A DNA stretch of 64,000 nt from an uncultured Planctomycetia bacterium (GTDB lineage Bacteria > Omnitrophota > Gorgyraeia > 1-14-0-20-64-10): assembly GCA_964373805.1 (NCBI GenBank), contig CAYJWF010000004.1:1891-65890 (forward strand), given 5' to 3'. Position 1 is the stretch's first letter. Each line of letters begins with the position of its first letter. The notes beneath the pieces were generated by a model that did no database searches, was not told the origin of the DNA, and saw nothing but the letters and a program-made list of their open reading frames with translations. This document shows, piece by piece, positions 41,993 through 51,362 of the stretch. Position numbers and translations under genes: made by a program.

Positions 41993-44900
41993 GCGGACCG
42001 ATCGGGTAGGGTCACCTGCTCCAGGCCGGTCGCCGTGTAGTGGCCCACGTCCACAAGGAAAGTCTGCTCTCCAGAGAAGAGGGCGTTGATCACCACCTCT
42101 TCCAGCCTCTCCCAGGGTAACCGAAGGGATTCCTTCTGGCCACCTTCAGATTCAGGCCGCCGGAGGATTTGGATGATGCGGTAGCCTTCCTTCTCGAGAA
42201 GGCTCTTTTCCGAGAGAAGGCCCAGTTGAAAGCTGCGGCCCTCTTCTTCCGGATACCGATATCTCTTCAGGAGCCTCTTCGTCAAGCCGAGCAACCGAAT
42301 CAAAATCCCCTCCTGCCGAGGTTCCGAGAATCCCACCGGAATCGCTGGGTCCTCGAGCAGTTCCGGATCAAACAGGACCGCCAGCATAGGCGACCCCCTC
42401 ATCGCTTGCAGAACGAGATGGTCCCGTTCCGACCATTCCTGCCCAGGACGCGGCAGTATCAACTCGAGGAGTTGCGCCATATCCGAATGAACCGGCGCCG
42501 AAGAAGCTGTGCCGAGTCCCATCGAAAGGGTATCGTAGGGACCGATCCCCCTGCGAACCTGCACGGTGAGGAGATCAGGCCATAAGGAGGCTCCTCCATA
42601 TGACCGCGACGGGACATGAATGACTGAGGGGTCGTCGGTAAAACGACCTTGCGTGCCTGGATCCAAGATAGCCTCAGGGTGAAGGACGAGCGAAAGGGTA
42701 CGCTCCGCCTGATTGTAGGAGAGATCTTGGAGGATAAATCCATCCTGAGTATCCATAGTCCAGTCCCATCTCCGGACAGCTTCATCTGAGACGAGGCTTC
42801 CCCATAGGATGGTGAACTGACGCGTTGGGGTGTAATAAGGCACGGGTTCTTCTTTAATCTTCAGGCCGTCCACACCGCCTTTGCCGAGGATGCGAAGATC
42901 AGGCCCAGAGGTGGCGGTCTCTATGCGAAGAAGATCGTCCTCCGTACAGAAGATGTACGTTGGCAACTTCCGCTCGGTTCCTGTAAGCAAATTGGGACGA
43001 CCGGCATACCGAATCCCATTCCCCGGCCTTTGCAACAGATCCCGATAATACGTCGACCCCTCCTCCAGGCCGGTGCTAGGTGATGGTGAAGAATCCTCCC
43101 CCAACGGAGCCGCGGAACCGATATCGGGGCGAAAGCCAAGGTCTCGAAAGAGACGTTCGTACTGGTTCACCACAAACCGGTACGATATCCAATTTGGCAC
43201 AGCGAGATTGGGATCGGTTCCTGAAGCCCGGAGGGCGTGCCCGATCTGTCCGCAGAGGTCCCTGATCCTTCTGGCCAGAGCGGCTGTCTGCCTTGCAGTG
43301 GGCTTATAACGGGTCCTGTTCAAGCCTCGGTAAACTGCCTCGTCCGCTGCAAGGGCCGCCAACGAATCCAACAGCCTCGTAAGTCCTTCCTGTAAGAGAA
43401 CCTGGAGTTGAGCTCGCTGCTGCCTGTCGGTGGAGGCATTCAGATCCTTGATGAGCCTCCTGAACGTGGGAATCCCGTCAAGCCTAAACCCTGCCTCTGT
43501 CTCTCTTCGCCTCTTTTGAAGAAAACTGAGAAAGGAAAGCCGCATCTTCGACGCATCCTTCGAACCTTGAGCTAAGCGAAAGGCAACTCCATTGATCGCC
43601 ACTTCGCTGATCATGGCCGCTGCGGGAATTCCCGCTCCCTGGACCAATCTCTTCACGGAGCGACTGGGATTAAGAAGCGCCATGGAAAGACGAGGCCCCT
43701 CAAGAAACGGATGGCCCGGAAATCCTTCAACGATCGCAGCGAGTTGCTTTTCCTTGGATGGGAACCGGCCCTCCAAACCAAAAACGATCAACCCTCCAAG
43801 CGCACGGAGGATCATGGGAGCAGCTTCACGGAGAAACCGTCTGGCCTCTCCAGGCGCACCGGCTAAACCAATGACCAAGATCCTTCGATCCCTTTCCAAC
43901 TCAACCCGAAATCGGTCCCGTTGCCCAAGCTCAGCATCCAGGCGCACCTCGTCAAATCGAATCGGCTGGCCCAGGCGCGAGGTAGCCCGCTCCTCCCATT
44001 TCTCCAGCTCCCCCATCAATCGGACCAAATCCTTGGGTCTCCATTCCTGCGCACGCCAACCGTTCAACACCTCCAAGCCCTTGACCCGCTTCAACCGTTC
44101 CTCCAGGCCGGCCCCTTCGATTCGCCCTTCGGGCTCCCTCAGGCTAAGCCTGAGCGATTCTGCCGAAGGGCCGGTGGATGGTGCCGTGGAATCCTGGTAT
44201 ACTAGAGGTAGATAAAAATCTCCAACGGACAACGAGGGACGTTGGTGCGCTTCTTGACCAACGCGGGTACCATCATCTTGGGAGGGCTGATTGTTGGGCC
44301 TTTCTTTGGACAACAACCATTCCGACCTCACATGTGCGTGATCGGTTGGTTTCTGTACGGCACCGTATTTAGCCTGGCCCTTTGGCTCAGTCCAACTGGA
44401 AAGGAGGAGCCGTGATGGAAGGGATTTGGTTTGGTTACCTGGCGGTTGGAACGTTGATCGTGGTAGCCCTGGTACTTGGTTGCTTGGATCGGAAATCTCG
44501 CCGGCACGAGAAACAGACCCATTAATCCATCCCCTGCCTTCCTCTAAACCTGCCCTCAACGAATCCGCAGGACGACCGGTAGCCGGATCGAGCGCACGAT
44601 CCATCCGCTGATAGGCAATATCGTTCGACCCTATGCGGCCAATATCTGCATTCCAAAACTCCCACCATTTCGGGTCCACCATGGCCCACAGGCCTTCTGC
44701 ACCCGGGGTAACCGCACGGCCCAGCACATAAGTCATCTCTTGAGTCTGCATCGCTTGGCCCAGCCCTTTTGCTTTCTTGGCCACGGCTCCTCTTGCCTTC
44801 GCCATAATCTTTCGAGATAACCCCTCATCCACCAATCCCCCTAGTGGGACAAAGGCCGAGGTTCCAAGAGGTTCTATCAAGGAGTCCGACAAGGCCATTC

Positions 44901-45396
44901 TCTTTAAGTTACGATCTAGGTGGACAATCCGAAACAGTAAACCGTTTCCCGCGTAGTCTGTTGGGAGCCGGAAGAAGGGAAATTCTTTAAAGTAGAGGTG
45001 TAAGTGAATCCACCAGTCGCCTCCTGCTCCTTTGACCAAATGGTCTTGAAGAGGCGCGTCCTCGAAACCAATGTATAAACTGGATCCACCGTGTTCCTTT
45101 ATCTGGCTCTTTAGGTGCTCCCGAACCAAACGCCTTACCCGGTCGACGTGTCGCTCCTCCAGGCCAACGGCCGAAGCAGAAGAGGAACCCAGCAGGGCGG
45201 CGGTGAGCTCCTGCTCCTCTAGGCCGGAGTCCTTGGTTTGGATCTTGCGAAGCCCCAAGGCTGGACTAGGCAGGGCGAGGTTCATGGATAGAAAAAGGGC
45301 CGCCACTCGGGGGAACAAATAAGCTCGTCTCATCGGGTTTGCCTGTTTCGGTTCAAGTATACCCAACGAGGTCCGGTAAGTCAATAGTATAGTCAA
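41989..45396 (-). CDS. large secreted hypothetical protein (about 1115 aa) of the GLEE-motif family
   Basis: Likely start MRRAYLF... near 45334, after a TTGACT-N17-TATACT promoter; signal peptide; many (S/A/T/V)GLEE motifs; C-terminal domain ...EQTFLVDVGHYTATGLEQVTLPDRSA shared with ORF 46863..47141; no known catalytic domains recognised. Confidence 0.6.
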   Translation of the reverse strand: MTILLTYRTSLGILEPKQANPMRRAYLFPRVAALFLSMNLALPSPALGLRKIQTKDSGLEEQELTAALLGSSSASAVGLEERHVDRVRRLVREHLKSQIKEHGGSSLYIGFEDAPLQDHLVKGAGGDWWIHLHLYFKEFPFFRLPTDYAGNGLLFRIVHLDRNLKRMALSDSLIEPLGTSAFVPLGGLVDEGLSRKIMAKARGAVAKKAKGLGQAMQTQEMTYVLGRAVTPGAEGLWAMVDPKWWEFWNADIGRIGSNDIAYQRMDRALDPATGRPADSLRAGLEEGRGWINGSVSRAGEISDPSNQVPGLPRSTFQPPGNQTKSLPSRLLLSSWTEPKGQAKYGAVQKPTDHAHVRSEWLLSKERPNNQPSQDDGTRVGQEAHQRPSLSVGDFYLPLVYQDSTAPSTGPSAESLRLSLREPEGRIEGAGLEERLKRVKGLEVLNGWRAQEWRPKDLVRLMGELEKWEERATSRLGQPIRFDEVRLDAELGQRDRFRVELERDRRILVIGLAGAPGEARRFLREAAPMILRALGGLIVFGLEGRFPSKEKQLAAIVEGFPGHPFLEGPRLSMALLNPSRSVKRLVQGAGIPAAAMISEVAINGVAFRLAQGSKDASKMRLSFLSFLQKRRRETEAGFRLDGIPTFRRLIKDLNASTDRQQRAQLQVLLQEGLTRLLDSLAALAADEAVYRGLNRTRYKPTARQTAALARRIRDLCGQIGHALRASGTDPNLAVPNWISYRFVVNQYERLFRDLGFRPDIGSAAPLGEDSSPSPSTGLEEGSTYYRDLLQRPGNGIRYAGRPNLLTGTERKLPTYIFCTEDDLLRIETATSGPDLRILGKGGVDGLKIKEEPVPYYTPTRQFTILWGSLVSDEAVRRWDWTMDTQDGFILQDLSYNQAERTLSLVLHPEAILDPGTQGRFTDDPSVIHVPSRSYGGASLWPDLLTVQVRRGIGPYDTLSMGLGTASSAPVHSDMAQLLELILPRPGQEWSERDHLVLQAMRGSPMLAVLFDPELLEDPAIPVGFSEPRQEGILIRLLGLTKRLLKRYRYPEEEGRSFQLGLLSEKSLLEKEGYRIIQILRRPESEGGQKESLRLPWERLEEVVINALFSGEQTFLVDVGHYTATGLEQVTLPDRSA
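45366..45394 (-). promoter_or_regulatory. sigma70-like promoter (TTGACT-N17-TATACT) for the 1135-aa GLEE-family gene
   Basis: Minus-strand sense TTGACTTACCGGACCTCGTTGGGTATACT, ~25 nt upstream of the ATG near 45334, inside an AT-rich island. Confidence 0.5.
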
Positions 45397-45521
45397 CTTT
45401 AATTACCACTAAAAGTCGGGAGCCGGCTGCTCCCACCCCCAGCGTCCCCTTTAAGAAACCATTGACAGGGTTACAATAATAGTTATACTATAATTGCATA
45501 GGATGCATAGGAGGTGAGGCT

Positions 45522-46826
45522 GTGCCTATTCGCAGAGACCTGCTGGATCGGATCGGTCCCTTCCTTAAACGGAAGGAGTTTTTGGCGATCGTGGGCCCCC
45601 GGCAGGCGGGGAAGACGATCTTTCTGGAGCTGTTGGGAGCGTATCTGAACGAAAATTTACACGTCCCAAAGGAGCGAATCCAGAACATCACGTTTGAGGA
45701 CCGCCGGCTGCTGGCCGAATTTGAGCGGGACCCTGTTCCCTTCATCCAATCGTATCTGCCGACTAAGGTTCCCCCATCCTTCACCTTGATGATCGATGAG
45801 TTTCAATACGCCCGGGAAGGCGGACAGAAGTTGAAGCTGATCTACGATACGGTTCCCGGGATCAAGGTGATCGTAACCGGGTCCTCCTCCTTGGAGCTCA
45901 AGGCTCAAGTCGGAAGGTATATGGTCGGAAGGATCTTGAACTTCAACCTCTGGCCTTTTCATTTCGGCGAGATTTTAAGAGCCCGTTCTCCCCGGTTGGA
46001 GAGGGTTTACGACCAACGGAATGAATCCCTTCTGCGATGGCTTAAAGAGGGAAAGCCGGTCCCCATGACGCCTGGTCCGGATGGATTCCGTGAGGAGATG
46101 AGGCCCCTCTTTGAAGAGTACTGCATCTGGGGCGGCTATCCGGCGGTGGTCTTGAGCGAAGGACAGGAGGAACGAAAGAAGGTCCTGGCGGAGATTTACA
46201 ACAACTACATTCTCAAGGACATCAAGACCCTGTTGGAATTGGCCACGGAAGAGAAGCTGTACCGGCTGGCTCAAGTATTGGCTACCCAGATCGGGGATCT
46301 CGTGGTTTACCAACATCTCAGTCAGGCATCCGACCTGGATTACCGGAATTTAAAGAAGCATCTGACCATCCTCACGCAGACCTTTATCACCCAGCAGCTC
46401 CGTCCCTTCTTTAAGAACCGACAGAAGGAGCTGGTCAAAAATCCAAAGATCTTTTTCCTGGACCTGGGATTTCGCAATACCTTGACGGAGAACATGAACC
46501 GGTTGACGACGCGGCCAGATGCCGGGGCGATGGTAGAGAACGCGGTGTGGATCCGGCTTCATGGGCTGTTTGAGGGAACGGAGAAGATCAATTTCTGGAG
46601 AACCAAGGCCGGTGCGGAGGTCGATTTCGTTCTTCATCTTGCCGACCGCCTCCTCCCCATGGAAGTAAAATACAGCCCCTCGGCTGGGGAAAAACTCCCC
46701 AGGGGCTTGGCCAGTTTTATCGAACAGTTTCATCCCCCCGCCGCCTTGGTCCTGACGAAAGATTCCTGGGGCCGGATGAAACGGGGCAAGACCTCCATCC
46801 TGTTCGCCCCGGTCTACTATCTTTAG
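45522..46826 (+). CDS. AAA+ ATPase of the COG1373/DUF4143 family (second copy)
   Basis: Walker A GPRQAGKT, DEFQ Walker B, C-terminal DUF4143-like region; preceded by TTGACA...TATAAT-like promoter and a GGAGGTGA Shine-Dalgarno. Confidence 0.7.
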   Translation: MPIRRDLLDRIGPFLKRKEFLAIVGPRQAGKTIFLELLGAYLNENLHVPKERIQNITFEDRRLLAEFERDPVPFIQSYLPTKVPPSFTLMIDEFQYAREGGQKLKLIYDTVPGIKVIVTGSSSLELKAQVGRYMVGRILNFNLWPFHFGEILRARSPRLERVYDQRNESLLRWLKEGKPVPMTPGPDGFREEMRPLFEEYCIWGGYPAVVLSEGQEERKKVLAEIYNNYILKDIKTLLELATEEKLYRLAQVLATQIGDLVVYQHLSQASDLDYRNLKKHLTILTQTFITQQLRPFFKNRQKELVKNPKIFFLDLGFRNTLTENMNRLTTRPDAGAMVENAVWIRLHGLFEGTEKINFWRTKAGAEVDFVLHLADRLLPMEVKYSPSAGEKLPRGLASFIEQFHPPAALVLTKDSWGRMKRGKTSILFAPVYYL

Positions 46827-46862
46827 AGAATCCACCCGTTCTCTCCAGGGGTTAACTCTGCT

Positions 46863-47141
46863 TTACGCGAACCAATCGGTGAGGAGCTTCAGGGTCTCGG
46901 GCAGGGTCATTTCTTCCAACCCGGCCCGATACGCAGCAACGTCCACCAGGAAGGTATCCTGTCGGTGAGCCAAGGCCTCGGCCACCACCCACGGCACCGC
47001 CGACTCCGGAAGGGGCCCAGCTTTAGTCCCTGGTGTTCGTCGTACCTCGATCACCCGAAAGCCAGTCTCCTCAAGCCCTGCCCTCTCATGAAGCAGACCC
47101 AGTTGAAGCTCACCCTCAGGCCATGAGAAAACGGCCTGCAC
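46863..47141 (-). CDS. stand-alone copy or fragment of the GLEE-family C-terminal domain (92 aa)
   Basis: LQLGLLHERAGLEETGFRVIEV...VPWVVAEALAHRQDTFLVDVAAYRAGLEEMTLPE aligns with the last ~85 aa of the 1135-aa protein; GTG start with a weak RBS; may be a gene remnant. Confidence 0.35.
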   Translation of the reverse strand: MQAVFSWPEGELQLGLLHERAGLEETGFRVIEVRRTPGTKAGPLPESAVPWVVAEALAHRQDTFLVDVAAYRAGLEEMTLPETLKLLTDWFA

Positions 47142-47303
47142 GTTCCCCGTTAAACCGATCAGGTGGATCTGCTTCTCCTCTAAACCACCTCCAGTAACAC
47201 ATCTTACTGAAGGGACCCCCGTGGAGAGAAAACCTGTTCACTTCCTCACCCACGGGATGTCTAAAAAGTGTCGTAGCTTATTCAGTACCTCGGAGAACCT
47301 CTT

Positions 47304-49868
47304 TTAAACGACGAGGCTGATGAGGCGGTTGGGGACGACAATCACCTTCTTCGGCGGCTTGCCATCCAACCAGCGTTGAACGTTGGGATCCTGAAGAACC
47401 TTGGCCTTCAGCTCCTCCTCTTGAGAGCCAACCGGGACCGTCAGATGGGAGCGGACCTTGCCGTTGACCTGCACGACCAGGGTCACCTGCGACTCCTGGA
47501 GGAGGGCAGGATCGTAGGTTGGCCAAGGAGCCTTGGCCAACATCTCCTGGTGGCCCAGCCGTTCCCACAGCTCCTCGGCCAGGTGAGGGGCAAGGGGGTT
47601 TAAAAGCCGGGCCAGCGTCTCGATGGCTTCCTTTCTCTGCCCATCGGAAAGCTGAGGAAAAATCCTCTCCAGGGAGTTCCGATACTCCATCAGGGCGCTG
47701 ATCGCCGTGTTGAACTTGAAGCTCTCCAGATCCTCGGTGACCCGCTTGATCGTCGCGTGGGTGAGGCGCTTAAGCTCACCATCCGATGGAAAACCTGATG
47801 GGGTCAGACCCCTTGGGGTCTGACCCCTTTGACCCTCCACCAAGTTCCAGACCCGATTCATGAACCGCCAGATGCCGTCGATGGCGCTGTCGTTCCATTC
47901 CAGTTGATCCTCCGGGGGAGCGGCGAAAAGGATGAAGAGTCTTAAGGCATCGGCCCCGTACTTGGCGATCACTCCCTCCGGATCGACCACGTTCCCCTTG
48001 GATTTGGACATGACCTCGCCATCCTTCAAAACCATTCCCTGAGTCAAGAGGCGAGAAAACGGCTCTGAGATTGTAAGGAGCCCTAGATCCCGCAGGAACT
48101 TGGTGAAGAAACGGGAATACAGGAGATGCAGGATGGCGTGCTCGATCCCACCGATGTACTGGTCCACCGGCATCCAGAAGGCGGCCTCTTGGGAATCAAA
48201 CGCAGTGGCGGCCGCTTTCGGGGCCGCGTGCGGCTTCGGGGAACAGAACCGCAGGAAGTACCACGAGGAGTCGAAGAAGGTGGCTATGGTGTCGGTCTCT
48301 CGACGGGCCGGTTGCCGACATTTGGGACAGGGCGTCTCCACAAAGGCCTTGACCTTGGCCAACGGTGAGCCCCCGGCTCCTGTGATTGAAACCTTGGGCG
48401 GCAAGGTGACCGGCAACTGGTTCTCAGGAACCGGCACGGTCCCGCAACGGGAGCAGTAAACGATCGGGATGGGAGTCCCCCAGTACCGCTGTCGAGAGAT
48501 GAGCCAATCCCGAAGCCGCCAATGGGTCGTCCGCTGGCCAAATCCATTCTCCTCCATCCAGGCGGCGATCTTTCCCTTACCCTCTTGACTAGACAGACCA
48601 TTAAACTGGGCGGAGTTGACCTGGATCCCTTCCCCTTCGAAGGCCTCTTTCCATCGGCTGGGATCAGGGACAGTCCCCGAAGCTTGCCCTGAGCTTGTCG
48701 AAGTGGGAGACGGTCCCTGAGGAGGCTGGATCACGACTCGGATCGGAAGTCGATGTTCCTTGGCGAACAGAAAATCCCGCTGATCGTGCGCCGGGACCGC
48801 CATGATCGCCCCGGTGCCGTACTCCATGAGGACATAATCGGCCACCCAGATCGGGATTGCCTCTGCGTTCACCGGGTTGATGGCCATCCGCCCGGTGAAA
48901 ATCCCCTCCTTCTTTCTATCGGCGGCGGTCCGGACCTCTCTGGGCTGGCGCTTCACCCGATCGATGAAGGCCCGAACCTGGGGCCCTTTAGGGTTACCTT
49001 GAAGAAGCTCCTCGACGACCGGATGTTCTGGCGCCAAAACGACGTAGGTGGCGCCAAAGATCGTGTCCGGCCGGGTGGTAAAGACCGGAAGTTTTGTCGA
49101 GCTGTTCTGAATGGAAAATTGGATCCGAACCCCTTGGCTCTTCCCGATCCAGTTCCGTTGCATGGTTAAGACACGCTCCGGCCAGCGGCCCAAGGTATCC
49201 AGGTCCTGCAGGAGTTCCTCCGCATACGCGGTGATTTTCAAGAACCACTGCTCCAACTCCTTCGGCTCCACGGCGGTTCCACAGCGCCAGCAGCCGTCTT
49301 GGACCACCTCCTCGTTGGCCAGGGTCGTCTGACAACTGGGACACCAGTTGACCGTGGCTCCGGCCCGATAGGCGAGGCCCTTCTCGAACATCTTGAGGAA
49401 GATCCACTGGTTCCATCGGTAATAGTCCGGCTGGCAGGTCACCACCTCTCGATTCCAGTCGTAGGAGAATCCCAAACGTTTCAAGCCGGTTCGCACCTCT
49501 CCGATGCACCGGAAGGTCCACTCGGCCGGATCCACCTTCTGTTTGATCGCCGCGTTCTCCGCCGGCTGGCCAAAGGCATCGAATCCCGTGGGATGAAGGA
49601 CCCGGTACCCCTGGGCCATCCGAAACCGGGCCAGGACGTCGCCGATCGTGTAGTTCCGGACATGCCCCATGTGGAGGCGCCCCGAGGGATAGGGGAACAT
49701 TTCCAGGAGGTAATATTTTCCTCTTCCGGTGTCTGGCACCGACCCGACCTTTGGCTCCTTCGGGGTGCCTGACACCGGTGTGGCCTGGAAGATCTTCGCC
49801 TCTTCCCACCGCCGCTGCCACTTTTCTTCGATTTCTTGAAATGGGTAAGCCATCGTCGGAAAAGCCAT
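47304..49868 (-). CDS. leuS: leucyl-tRNA synthetase
   Basis: HIGH (HMGHVRN) and KMSKS motifs; 854 aa; carries two in-frame repeat insertions. Confidence 0.95.
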   Translation of the reverse strand: MAFPTMAYPFQEIEEKWQRRWEEAKIFQATPVSGTPKEPKVGSVPDTGRGKYYLLEMFPYPSGRLHMGHVRNYTIGDVLARFRMAQGYRVLHPTGFDAFGQPAENAAIKQKVDPAEWTFRCIGEVRTGLKRLGFSYDWNREVVTCQPDYYRWNQWIFLKMFEKGLAYRAGATVNWCPSCQTTLANEEVVQDGCWRCGTAVEPKELEQWFLKITAYAEELLQDLDTLGRWPERVLTMQRNWIGKSQGVRIQFSIQNSSTKLPVFTTRPDTIFGATYVVLAPEHPVVEELLQGNPKGPQVRAFIDRVKRQPREVRTAADRKKEGIFTGRMAINPVNAEAIPIWVADYVLMEYGTGAIMAVPAHDQRDFLFAKEHRLPIRVVIQPPQGPSPTSTSSGQASGTVPDPSRWKEAFEGEGIQVNSAQFNGLSSQEGKGKIAAWMEENGFGQRTTHWRLRDWLISRQRYWGTPIPIVYCSRCGTVPVPENQLPVTLPPKVSITGAGGSPLAKVKAFVETPCPKCRQPARRETDTIATFFDSSWYFLRFCSPKPHAAPKAAATAFDSQEAAFWMPVDQYIGGIEHAILHLLYSRFFTKFLRDLGLLTISEPFSRLLTQGMVLKDGEVMSKSKGNVVDPEGVIAKYGADALRLFILFAAPPEDQLEWNDSAIDGIWRFMNRVWNLVEGQRGQTPRGLTPSGFPSDGELKRLTHATIKRVTEDLESFKFNTAISALMEYRNSLERIFPQLSDGQRKEAIETLARLLNPLAPHLAEELWERLGHQEMLAKAPWPTYDPALLQESQVTLVVQVNGKVRSHLTVPVGSQEEELKAKVLQDPNVQRWLDGKPPKKVIVVPNRLISLVV
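47798..47830. repeat. two tandem P1 palindromes inside leuS
   Basis: GATGGGGTCAGACCCCTTGGGGTCTGACCCCTTT; encodes [12 protein letters not shown]. Confidence 0.85.
48655..48700. repeat. R3-related segment inside leuS coding sequence
   Basis: ...GCTTGCCCTGAGCTTGTCGAAGTGGGAG...; in frame; encodes part of the [14 protein letters not shown] linker in LeuS. Confidence 0.5.
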
Positions 49869-49937
49869 TCTAGCACGGGGTTTGAAAGGTTGACAACGTA
49901 AGGGTGCCCCAAGTAGACTTAGACCGAATGAGACTTA

Positions 49938-50008
49938 TGGGGCTGTAGCGTAAAGGGAGCGCATCTCCATGGCATGGAGGAGGTGAGGGTTCGATTCCCT
50001 CCAGCTCC
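49938..50008 (+). tRNA. tRNA-Ala (anticodon GGC)
   Basis: Cloverleaf folded by hand: acceptor GGGGCTG/CAGCTCC with G3:U70, anticodon loop ATGGCAT, T-arm GAGGG-TTCGATT-CCCTC; coordinates +/-1. Confidence 0.7.
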
Positions 50009-50029
50009 AACAATTTCCATTCAAATACT

Positions 50030-50113
50030 TGGGGATGTGCTGGAATTGGCAGACAGGGGAGTCTCAAAAACTCCTGGGCGCAAGCCCGTGGGGGTTCAAG
50101 TCCCTCCATCCCC
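50030..50113 (+). tRNA. tRNA-Leu (anticodon CAA), type II with long variable arm
   Basis: Acceptor GGGGATG/CATCCCC, D-arm CTG-GAATTGGCAGA-CAG, anticodon stem GGAGT/ACTCC with loop CTCAAAA, variable arm TGGGCGCAAGCCCGT, T-loop TTCAAGT; coordinates +/-1. Confidence 0.7.
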
Positions 50114-50151
50114 ACTCAAATTTCTCCATCCCTCATTTGGGAGGGCTCTTG

Positions 50152-50895
50152 GTGCCTAAGCCACGGCTTCCTGACAAAGACTTTCCTTGGACACCTGAAC
50201 TGGCTTACGCGATTGGTCTTCTTACGACAGATGGCAATCTATCAAAGGATGGACGACACATCACCCTAAGATCGTCCGATCTACAACTTTTGGAGACATT
50301 CAGACGTTGCCTTAATCTGACGCGAAGCGGCCCGATCGTCCTGACAAAACGGACGGGGTGGGCTAAGAAGCCAAGCTTTAGGGTTCAATTCAGCAACGTT
50401 CAGTTCTATCGATGGCTCACGAAAATCGGTTTGCATCCTGCGAAAACGTATACCTTGGGTGAGCTGCGTGTTCCCGACGCGTATTTTCCAAACTTTCTGA
50501 GAGGCCACCTGGATGGGGATGGTTCCATTACAGTATCCAGGGACACCTATAACACTTTTAAACATCCCAAATATGTGTACACAAGACTCTACGTGAGCTT
50601 TCTATCGGCAAGTAGACAACACGTGGATTGGATTCAATCGAAGATCTCCGTATTGCTCGGCATTCAGGGTCATAGAAGCCACTACTCTCGAAAAGGCAAC
50701 GGTCGCCACGCTACCATGTGGAAGCTCCGATGTGCTAAGAAAGACTCTTTGAAGCTGCTGGCACGGTTATACCATCGGCAGGACATCCCCTGCTTGGAAC
50801 GCAAAAGAGAGATCGCGAAACAACGGCTTATCCCTTCCTGGGAGGAAGGAGACACAGACAGCGAGAGTTCTCAAAAAGTGCTAGGCCTGCCTTGA
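50152..50895 (+). CDS. LAGLIDADG homing endonuclease (double-motif), free-standing
   Basis: Two LAGLIDADG motifs (LAYAIGLLTTDGNL and LRGHLDGDGSITVS); likely GTG start after a GGGAGGG Shine-Dalgarno, ~40 nt after tRNA-Leu; the tracked ORF extends upstream over the tRNA and that part is rejected. Confidence 0.7.
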   Translation: MPKPRLPDKDFPWTPELAYAIGLLTTDGNLSKDGRHITLRSSDLQLLETFRRCLNLTRSGPIVLTKRTGWAKKPSFRVQFSNVQFYRWLTKIGLHPAKTYTLGELRVPDAYFPNFLRGHLDGDGSITVSRDTYNTFKHPKYVYTRLYVSFLSASRQHVDWIQSKISVLLGIQGHRSHYSRKGNGRHATMWKLRCAKKDSLKLLARLYHRQDIPCLERKREIAKQRLIPSWEEGDTDSESSQKVLGLP

Positions 50896-50960
50896 GCGGT
50901 GACCCCACGGGGCTCGAAGGGTCGACCCGACCCTTTTTGTGGTAAAGTAGCGTTGAAGAG

Positions 50961-51362
50961 ATGCCAAAATCCTCGGGCATTAAGATCTTGCTGGTGGATG
51001 ACAATCGGGACGCCCGATTCGTGGTGGGCCGGGTCTTGCGCTCCAAGGGGTACGAGGTGCTGGAGGCGACCACCGGCAAGGAGGTCTTATCCCGAGCTCG
51101 GGAGGAGTGGCCTACCTTAATCATACTGGACGTGATGCTCCCCGACCTGTCGGGGACCGAGGTCTTCCAAACCCTGCGCAACGACCCCATCACCAAGTCG
51201 ATTCCGGTCCTTCTCGTCACGGCCCGCCCCGACATCGTTTCCAAGCTCCCGACCTTTGAACAGAGTCGGGACCGCTACCTGGAAAAGACCGGCCATCTCG
51301 ATGACCTGGTCCGAACGGTCCACGAGATGGTCGTGGGATCCGAGCACAAGCCGCATGCCTGA
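50961..51362 (+). CDS. single-domain response regulator (CheY-like receiver)
   Basis: LLVDD...D(phospho-acceptor)...ILDVMLPD...VLLVTA receiver motifs; no output domain. Confidence 0.8.
   Translation: MPKSSGIKILLVDDNRDARFVVGRVLRSKGYEVLEATTGKEVLSRAREEWPTLIILDVMLPDLSGTEVFQTLRNDPITKSIPVLLVTARPDIVSKLPTFEQSRDRYLEKTGHLDDLVRTVHEMVVGSEHKPHA

Noticed and set aside
45335-45396. First 21 codons of ORF 41989..45396 (MTILLTYRTSLGILEPKQANP)
   Set aside because: They lie across the TTGACT-N17-TATACT promoter; the signal-peptide Met (MRRAYLF...) downstream is the likelier start.
50029-50151. 5' extension of ORF 50029..50895 (MGMCWNWQTGESQKLLG...)
   Set aside because: It is a translation of tRNA-Leu; the endonuclease starts at the GTG after a GGGAGGG Shine-Dalgarno downstream of the tRNA.
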